From contig CAJVZH010000007.1 of NCBI GenBank assembly GCA_913020715.1, forward strand, positions 13,021 to 77,020: a DNA stretch of 64,000 bases. The letters run 5' to 3'. This document shows, in pieces, positions 56,515 to 64,000 of this stretch. The translations under genes were made by a program, and so were the position numbers. A model generated the notes under the pieces. It was not told the origin of the DNA and did no database searches. It worked only from the letters and a program-made list of their open reading frames with translations. Positions within the stretch are counted from its first letter, which is position 1, and each line of letters begins with the position of its first letter. This DNA comes from an uncultured Gammaproteobacteria bacterium (GTDB lineage Bacteria > Pseudomonadota > Gammaproteobacteria > PS1 > Pseudothioglobaceae).

Positions 56515-57735
56515 ATGTCCGGCGGAAACGATTTTATTGCAAGTATTGATATTGGTACAGACAAAATCGCCGTCTTGGTAGCCGAAAAAGAAGATGATGT
56601 TTTGCGCCTAATTGGTCACGGTATTGGCCCCTCTGCAGGGGTTAGAAAAGGCCATGTTTCTGCCATAGATTCTCTTTCACGCGCCATCTCAAAAACACTT
56701 GAAAAAGCCAACAAAAGTTTTAATGGTGAAATCGCCTTAGTGCGTGCAAATTTGTCTGACACACACCTCACTTGCTTCGATCGAAATGGACGCATCCCTA
56801 TCAATCAAATTGTGGCAAAAGAGGATGTTGACAAGGTGTTAGAGTCGGCACGAGCTATTACCACACCAACCAACAAAGAAGTGCTCCATGTGATCAATAA
56901 AAAGTTCACTTTAAATGAGACTCAAGTGATTGATAATCCCGTTGAAATGGAGGCCACTGTTTTAGAGTCTGAAGTGCACATTGTTACCGTTTCAAGCTCG
57001 AGCATGCGCAATATTGAAAACAGCCTTAAACAGAGTGATCTCAGTGTGGATAGTATTGTGCTGGATTCAATTGCAAGTTCGCAAGCCTTGCTGACACAAG
57101 AAGAGAAAGATGCCGGCGTTTGCTTGCTTGATTTTGGTGCGGGTGTGACCAATTTCTCAGTGTTTCGGCAGGGTGGTATTGTTTATAGTGGCGTTATTCC
57201 TGTTGGCGGTAATGACATTACCCAAGAAGTAGCATTTGCTTTTGACACCTCTTTTGAAGAGGCGCAGAGATTAAAAGAGCGATACGGTTGTGCTAAAGCT
57301 TCGATTATTAGAGGCGAACATCTTGTTGAATTTGTCCAAGCAACCAATAAGGAGCCACACCAGCTTTCTAATTTAACGCTGTCTGAGGTTGTTGAAGAGG
57401 CTTATGTGGATATTTTGTCTTTGGTTAAAAACGACTTAAAGCATCGAAGTTTGGAAAGCAGTATTAAAGCCGGATTTGTCCTGTGCGGTGGGGGTGCTGA
57501 AGTGGAGGGTTGTGAGGATTTGGTTAGGGGTTTTTTCTCGAGGCGAGTGAAAAAAGGCGTGGTACAGCGCTCGACGGTTTCGGGTTTGGAGTCGATTGTA
57601 GGCGATTATCGCTATAGCGGGGCTATTGGCCTCTTGTTGCATAAAGAAGATGTAGGGCAGCAGACGCTCGTAAAAGCAAAAGGCGAAGTTGGCATTATGG
57701 GTAAAATGAAAAATATATTGGTTGGCGAATTCTAG
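56515..57735 (+). CDS. ftsA: Cell division protein FtsA
   Basis: IDIGTDKI, GVRKG, EVHIVT, LLDFGAG, PVGGNDIT, AQRLKERYG, VLCGGGA and a C-terminal amphipathic tail. Confidence 0.92.
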   Translation: MSGGNDFIASIDIGTDKIAVLVAEKEDDVLRLIGHGIGPSAGVRKGHVSAIDSLSRAISKTLEKANKSFNGEIALVRANLSDTHLTCFDRNGRIPINQIVAKEDVDKVLESARAITTPTNKEVLHVINKKFTLNETQVIDNPVEMEATVLESEVHIVTVSSSSMRNIENSLKQSDLSVDSIVLDSIASSQALLTQEEKDAGVCLLDFGAGVTNFSVFRQGGIVYSGVIPVGGNDITQEVAFAFDTSFEEAQRLKERYGCAKASIIRGEHLVEFVQATNKEPHQLSNLTLSEVVEEAYVDILSLVKNDLKHRSLESSIKAGFVLCGGGAEVEGCEDLVRGFFSRRVKKGVVQRSTVSGLESIVGDYRYSGAIGLLLHKEDVGQQTLVKAKGEVGIMGKMKNILVGEF

Positions 57736-57738
57736 GTT

Positions 57739-58650
57739 ATGGTTAAGCAAAGAACGATTAAAAAAACAGTCAGGGCGCGCGGCGTCGGTATTCATAGCGG
57801 CAATATGGTTAATTTAACTCTGATTCCAGCGGACGTGAATCATGGCGTGGTTTTCAAAAGAATGGATGCAGGCGGTAAACAAGTGCATGCTCACAGTGCT
57901 TTTGTTAATGAGGTGGTTTTATCAACAGGCCTTGAAAATCAAGGCGTAAAAATTTCAACTGTTGAGCATTTAATGTCTGCGCTGTCGGCCTTAGGAATTG
58001 ATAATGTTTTAGTGGAATTGGACTCCTTTGAGGTGCCAATTATGGACGGCTCGTCAGCGCCATTTATTTTTTTAGTGCAATCAGCAGGCATTGAAGAGCA
58101 AGAGGAGCCTAAGCGTTTTATTGTTATTAAAGATACAGTCAGAGTTGAAAATGGTCAATCGTGGGCGCAAGTGGAGCCGCACAATGGTTTTAAAGTAACT
58201 CTAGAAATTGATTTTGAGCACAAGAGAGTCAAGGAAAGCGGTCAGAAATTGTCCATTGATTTTGCTGAGCAATCTTATCTAAAAGAGATATCTAGAGCAC
58301 GCACTTTTGGCTATTTGAAAGACGTAGAGATGATGCAAAAACAAAATCTTGCCTTGGGCGCAAGTGTTGACAACGCTATCGCTCTAACCGATGATGATAT
58401 TCTCAACGAAGACGGCATGCGCTATCACAATGAGTTTGTTAAGCATAAAATTCTAGATATTGTCGGCGACTTATTCCTTTTGGGTAGTAATCTTATTGGT
58501 CATTACGAAGGTTACAAGACAGGACATATGTTAAATGACCAATTGCTTTCAGCCATTCTGTCCCAACCTGGGGCGTACAGCGTTGAAACTTTTGATCAGC
58601 TATCATCGCCTATTAGTTATTACTCCGAGGACTGGCAAAACGACCTTTAA
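57739..58650 (+). CDS. lpxC: UDP-3-O-acyl-N-acetylglucosamine deacetylase
   Basis: [38 protein letters not shown] and HKILD. Confidence 0.97.
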   Translation: MVKQRTIKKTVRARGVGIHSGNMVNLTLIPADVNHGVVFKRMDAGGKQVHAHSAFVNEVVLSTGLENQGVKISTVEHLMSALSALGIDNVLVELDSFEVPIMDGSSAPFIFLVQSAGIEEQEEPKRFIVIKDTVRVENGQSWAQVEPHNGFKVTLEIDFEHKRVKESGQKLSIDFAEQSYLKEISRARTFGYLKDVEMMQKQNLALGASVDNAIALTDDDILNEDGMRYHNEFVKHKILDIVGDLFLLGSNLIGHYEGYKTGHMLNDQLLSAILSQPGAYSVETFDQLSSPISYYSEDWQNDL

Positions 58651-58817
58651 ATTAACGAGTTTATGTCTTTTGTTTTTCCGCGTTTTATGTTGCCAGTTTT
58701 TGGTGCAAAAACAACCGTAATTCAGTCGTTTTCATTAAGCAAAAAGGCTAGTAACGAATGGCTTTAAGCACCGAGTCTTTGGGTATAATCAGAAAGTTTT
58801 AATTATTGATACCAACC

Positions 58818-60551
58818 ATGAAATTAAATGGTGCGCAAATACTGATTAATAGCCTAGAGAGTGAGGGTGTAGAGTACGTCTTCGGATACCCTGGTGGCGC
58901 GGTCTTGCATATTTACGATGCTCTTGAAACGCAAGATGTGGTCAAGCATATTTTAGTGAGACACGAACAAGGCGCAACTCACGCGGCAGATGGCTACGCC
59001 AGAACAAGTGGTAAGCCAGGTGTTGTCTTAGTAACTTCTGGTCCTGGTATTACTAATGCTGTAACCGGTATTGCAACAGCGCATATGGATTCTATCCCTA
59101 TGGTTGTTATTTCTGGCCAAGTGCCTTCGCCATTGATTGGCGGTGATGCCTTCCAAGAAGTTGATGCTGTCGGCATTACACGTTCTTGTGTGAAGCACAA
59201 TTTCCTAGTTAAAGACATTAGAGACATTGCAGATACAGTGAAACGAGCATTTCACATTGCGACTACTGGTCGTCCTGGGCCTGTGTTAATCGATATCCCT
59301 AAGGATATTACCATTGCGCAGATGGCGCCTGAGGTTTACCCTGAGGCGGTTGATATTCGCTCTTACAAGCCAACCATGAAGGCCAGCAATCGCCAAATCA
59401 AAAAAGCGGCACAATTGATTGCAAAATCAAAGCGACCAATCCTATATTCAGGGGGTGGTAGTGTTATTGGTAATGCCTCTAAAGAATTAAGAGAATTTAC
59501 ACGGCTATTAAACTTTCCGATTACGCAGACATTGATGGGCTTAGGTGCTTATCCAGGCACCGATGAATTGTCTGTTGGTATGTTGGGTATGCACGGTAAC
59601 TATGAGGCCAACATGGCTATGCATGGCTCAGACTGTGTTGTTGCCATTGGTGCGAGATTTGATGACCGAATCACAGGTAATCTTGAAAAATTCTGTCCGA
59701 CGGCAAAAATTATTCATATCGATATTGATCCATCATCTATTTCAAAGAATGTTGTTGCCGACGTCCCGATTGTTGGGCAAGTTGGGCAAGTGCTTTGTGC
59801 ATTAATAGATGAGCTGAAAGACGCTCAATTGGCTGATATTTCTCAATGGTGGGCGCAAATAAACGATTGGCGCAGTGTTGATTCGCTTGCTTACAAGAGA
59901 GCGGAGGGCGTCATCAAGCCGCAAACGGTTATTGAGGCTTTGTACGAGGTTACTAAAGGCGAGGCTATCGTAACGTCAGATGTGGGACAACACCAAATGT
60001 GGGCGGCGCAATATTACCAATTTGACGAACCTCGTCGCTGGATTAATTCGGGTGGCTTGGGCACAATGGGCTTTGGTTTACCAGCAGCAATGGGTGCAAA
60101 ATTGGCCGACCCAGATAGGGATGTTGCCTGCATTACTGGCGAGGGCAGTATTCAAATGATGCTGCAAGAGCTCTCGACAATGTTGCAATACGGTACGCCA
60201 GTTAAAATCGTTTGCCTAAATAATGGCTACTTGGGCATGGTTCGACAATGGCAAGAGTTTTTCTATGAAAAGCGTTATGCGATGTCTTATATGGATGCAT
60301 TACCTGATTTTGTTAAATTAACAGAGAGCTATGGCCATGTTGGTATTCGTGTTGAGAAAGAGGCGGATCTTAAGCCAGCTTTAATTGAAGCTTTTGCGCA
60401 AAAAGATAAAACTGTTTTCCTTGATATTCTTACCGATCCAACGGAAAATGTTTTTCCAATGATTCCAGCCGGTGGCGGCCATTCCGACATGCTATTGGCA
60501 GGGCGCGACGACATGGTATCAAAAAATGAAACAGACTTTAACGCGGTGTAG
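58818..60551 (+). CDS. ilvI: Acetolactate synthase large subunit
   Basis: FGYPGGAVL, RHEQGATHAADGYAR, GMLGMHG, SDVGQHQMW and GEGSIQM. Confidence 0.96.
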   Translation: MKLNGAQILINSLESEGVEYVFGYPGGAVLHIYDALETQDVVKHILVRHEQGATHAADGYARTSGKPGVVLVTSGPGITNAVTGIATAHMDSIPMVVISGQVPSPLIGGDAFQEVDAVGITRSCVKHNFLVKDIRDIADTVKRAFHIATTGRPGPVLIDIPKDITIAQMAPEVYPEAVDIRSYKPTMKASNRQIKKAAQLIAKSKRPILYSGGGSVIGNASKELREFTRLLNFPITQTLMGLGAYPGTDELSVGMLGMHGNYEANMAMHGSDCVVAIGARFDDRITGNLEKFCPTAKIIHIDIDPSSISKNVVADVPIVGQVGQVLCALIDELKDAQLADISQWWAQINDWRSVDSLAYKRAEGVIKPQTVIEALYEVTKGEAIVTSDVGQHQMWAAQYYQFDEPRRWINSGGLGTMGFGLPAAMGAKLADPDRDVACITGEGSIQMMLQELSTMLQYGTPVKIVCLNNGYLGMVRQWQEFFYEKRYAMSYMDALPDFVKLTESYGHVGIRVEKEADLKPALIEAFAQKDKTVFLDILTDPTENVFPMIPAGGGHSDMLLAGRDDMVSKNETDFNAV

Positions 60552-60553
60552 TT

Positions 60554-61039
60554 ATGAGACATATTATTTCAGTACTTTTAGAAAATGAAGCAGGCGCACT
60601 CTCTAGGGTGTCAGGGCTTTTTTCAGCACGAGGTTTCAATATTGAATCACTAACGGTTGCACAAACCAATGACCCTGGCTTGTCTCGCATGACGATTGTT
60701 AGCTTGGGCAGTGACCGAGTTATTGAACAAATTGTCAAGCAATTAAACAAATTGATTGACGTTGTCAAGGTGATTGATTTAACGGACCAAGATCACGTCG
60801 AGCGTGAGTTGATGCTTGTTAAAGTGTGTGTGAATAAAAAAGATGAGCTTGAAGTTAAGCAGTTGGTAGATATTTTTTCTTGCAAGATTGTAGATGTAAG
60901 CGATAGAACTTACACCATCGAGATTGCAGGTAAAACACGAAAACTTAACGCATTCTTAAATGCGCTTGATTTCGCAATAGTAATGGAGGTTTCTAGAACG
61001 GGTGTGACAGGAATTTCTCGAGGCAGAACAGTAATTTAA
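60554..61039 (+). CDS. ilvH: Acetolactate synthase small subunit
   Basis: LLENEAGALSRV..FSARGFNIESL, QLNKLIDV and ERELMLVKV. Confidence 0.96.
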   Translation: MRHIISVLLENEAGALSRVSGLFSARGFNIESLTVAQTNDPGLSRMTIVSLGSDRVIEQIVKQLNKLIDVVKVIDLTDQDHVERELMLVKVCVNKKDELEVKQLVDIFSCKIVDVSDRTYTIEIAGKTRKLNAFLNALDFAIVMEVSRTGVTGISRGRTVI

Positions 61040-62056
<1,017 letters not shown>

Positions 62057-62089
62057 TCTAATAATTAAAAACCGCTTATAATCTAGCGT

Positions 62090-62860
62090 ATGGAAAATAA
62101 CAAGGCTCAAGCCAAAAGAGGTGTTTATTTGCTGCCCAGCATTCTCACCACTTTCGGCTTGTTCTGCGGTTTTTATGCCGTTATAGCCTCCATTAAGGGG
62201 GATTTTGAAATTGCTGCAATGGCAATTTTCTTCGCCATGCTGTGGGATGCTCTAGACGGTCGGGTGGCTCGCATGACCAATACTCAAAGTGCTTTTGGTG
62301 CCGAGTACGATTCGATGGCCGATTTGATCTCGTTCGGTGTTGCTCCTGCTATTTTAGTGTATCAATGGGCTCTGTCGGGTATGGGTAAGATTGGCTGGAT
62401 GGCAGCTTTTGTTTATGCTGCTTGTGCCGCTCTTCGTTTGGCGCGCTTTAACACCCAGGTTGGTACGGCTGACAAGCGCTACTTTCAAGGTTTGCCGTCA
62501 CCTGCAGCTGCAGCCGTGTTGGCCGGCATGATAGGATTGTACGAATGGTTGCCTGGACAAGGCTACGAGCTTGGACTTAGCGGTACAAGTGAAAATGCTA
62601 TTGGCTGGATGATTGCGGTAGCATGCGGAATACTAATGGTCAGCAATGTTCGCTATCATAGCTTTAAAGAAGTGGATTTCAAGCGCAGAACGTCATTCAG
62701 GCTTGTGCTGATGGCGGCATTAATTATTCTTGTCATTGCTTACGAGCCACCTGTGGTTCTTTTTGCATTTTTCTTTCTTTATATGTTGTCTGGCCCCGTT
62801 CTTACTGTATTTGGCTTGCAATTAAAACGCCGCCAGAAAAAACGAAACAAGTCCCTTTAA
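62090..62860 (+). CDS. pssA: CDP-diacylglycerol--serine O-phosphatidyltransferase
   Basis: DALDGRVARMTNTQSAFGAEYDSMADLISFG, ALRLARFN and FQGLPSP. Confidence 0.93.
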   Translation: MENNKAQAKRGVYLLPSILTTFGLFCGFYAVIASIKGDFEIAAMAIFFAMLWDALDGRVARMTNTQSAFGAEYDSMADLISFGVAPAILVYQWALSGMGKIGWMAAFVYAACAALRLARFNTQVGTADKRYFQGLPSPAAAAVLAGMIGLYEWLPGQGYELGLSGTSENAIGWMIAVACGILMVSNVRYHSFKEVDFKRRTSFRLVLMAALIILVIAYEPPVVLFAFFFLYMLSGPVLTVFGLQLKRRQKKRNKSL

Positions 62861-62881
62861 GTTGCTTTATAATTCTGCTTT

Positions 62882-62956
62882 ATGGGAATAAATCACACTT
62901 TATTTACATTTCTTTCATTGGGCAGCCTCTTAGCGTTGTTACGATTACTGCCGTAA
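62882..62956 (+). CDS. Candidate leucine-sensing leader peptide upstream of leuA
   Basis: MGINHTLFTFLSLGSLLALLRLLP*: 9 of 24 codons are Leu, including 6 of the last 9. TATAAT lies 8 nt before the ATG; overlapping alternative hairpins follow. Confidence 0.6.
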   Translation: MGINHTLFTFLSLGSLLALLRLLP

Positions 62957-63035
62957 GGCAATAATATTCTGCATAGACGAAAGTCTACCAATCTAAAAAC
63001 TAAGCAACAAACCAAACAACGACAAGGAAAAGATA

Positions 63036-64000
63036 ATGTCCGAAAAACTAATAATATTTGATACAACACTTCGCGATGGCGAACAGTCTCCTGGCGCTTC
63101 AATGACTAAGGACGAGAAAGTCCGTATTGCGAAAATATTGGAAAAAATGCGTGTTGATGTCATCGAGGCCGGTTTTGCCATTGCCTCTCCGGGTGATTTT
63201 GATGCAGTAAAAGCGGTTGCCGAAGTAGTACAGGACTCTACCGTTTGCTCATTAGCTAGAGCGCTCGATAAAGATATTGACCGCGCGGGTGAGGCGATAA
63301 AGAATGCCAATTCCGGAAGAATTCACACTTTCATTGCAACGTCAGATATTCACATGCAGATGAAGTTGAAAATGACGCCAGACGAGGTTGTGGCGCAAGC
63401 GGTTCATTCAGTAAAGCGGGCAACTAAATACACAAACAATATTGAGTTTAGTCCAGAAGACGCAGGACGCTCAGACATTGATTTTTTGTGTCGTATTATT
63501 GAATCTGCAATTGATGCAGGTGCAACAACGATCAATATTCCAGACACCGTGGGTTATAACATTCCACACCAGTTTGGTGAGACGATGCGGCAATTAATTG
63601 AACGTATTCCCAATTCTGATAAAGCGATTTTCTCAGCGCACTGCCACAACGACTTGGGCTTGGCTGTATCAAACTCACTTTCAGCAGCGTTAAACGGCGC
63701 CAGGCAAATTGAGTGCACTATTAATGGTTTGGGTGAGCGCGCAGGAAACACTTCATTAGAAGAGGTGGTTATGGCGATTCGTACAAGACAAGATGTTTTC
63801 AATTTTGATACCAATATTAACGCGGAACATATTCTTGCAGCATCAAGATTGGTTTCGTCTATCACCGGTTTTGTTGTTCAGCCAAACAAGGCGATTGTTG
63901 GTGCCAATGCTTTTGCTCATGAGGCAGGAATTCACCAAGATGGTGTATTAAAACACCGTGAAACTTACGAAATTATGAGCGCTGAAGATGTCGGCTGGAA
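63036..64000 (+). CDS. leuA: 2-isopropylmalate synthase (runs off the window)
   Basis: Hand translation: [66 protein letters not shown] and HEAGIHQDG. Confidence 0.97.
   Translation, partial: MSEKLIIFDTTLRDGEQSPGASMTKDEKVRIAKILEKMRVDVIEAGFAIASPGDFDAVKAVAEVVQDSTVCSLARALDKDIDRAGEAIKNANSGRIHTFIATSDIHMQMKLKMTPDEVVAQAVHSVKRATKYTNNIEFSPEDAGRSDIDFLCRIIESAIDAGATTINIPDTVGYNIPHQFGETMRQLIERIPNSDKAIFSAHCHNDLGLAVSNSLSAALNGARQIECTINGLGERAGNTSLEEVVMAIRTRQDVFNFDTNINAEHILAASRLVSSITGFVVQPNKAIVGANAFAHEAGIHQDGVLKHRETYEIMSAEDVGW

Noticed and set aside
58663-58768. Short ORF (MSFVFPRFML...) upstream of ilvI as an Ile/Leu/Val leader peptide
   Set aside because: It is not enriched in ILV codons, has no attenuator hairpin, and a TATAAT lies downstream of it, so it is probably outside the ilv transcript.
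62090-62860. pssA between ilvC and leuA as an odd insertion
   Set aside because: To my knowledge this arrangement is common in Beta- and Gammaproteobacteria, so it is not novel.

Overview
Gammaproteobacterial chromosome segment. The housekeeping gene set and order suggest the SUP05/Thioglobaceae lineage, but that is inference only. Two housekeeping arms flank an accessory region of about 33 kb. The left arm (1-11173) carries an aldehyde dehydrogenase, an aminotransferase, uvrB, queE, sulP, aroC, tRNA-Arg(CCT), a DsbA-like protein, pyrF and tRNA-Val(GAC). The right arm (44748-64000) carries ubiM, pdxH, aroE, rne, folM-like, midA-like, uppP, pepN, cinA, dusA, ftsA, lpxC, ilvIHC, pssA and leuA. 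The accessory region starts right after tRNA-Val and has no integrase. It holds (i) a divergent two-operon tryptophan/anthranilate catabolic locus, (ii) a complete 4-hydroxyphenylacetate/homoprotocatechuate (hpa) meta-cleavage locus with two unusual components, (iii) a TRAP transporter, (iv) a 3' remnant of an FAD-oxidoreductase paralog, a Sel1 protein and a Liv-type ABC transporter. The best candidate for an undescribed system is locus (i). It joins kynA/kynU/arylformamidase, an anthranilate-CoA ligase, an AbmA-type monooxygenase whose reductase domain looks degenerate, a thioesterase, a gentisate-type cupin dioxygenase, an FAH hydrolase, a nitrilase-family enzyme and maleate isomerase. Together these fit a route Trp -> anthraniloyl-CoA -> 5-hydroxyanthranilate -> maleamate -> maleate -> fumarate, and the usual beta-oxidation genes are absent. 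Smaller signals: a probable AUU start for pepN, a Leu-rich leader peptide before leuA, a 22-aa membrane microprotein, a 20-bp operator shared between the abm and TRAP promoters, and ftsA joined to lpxC without ftsZ. All functional calls come from motif recognition by eye; no database search was run.
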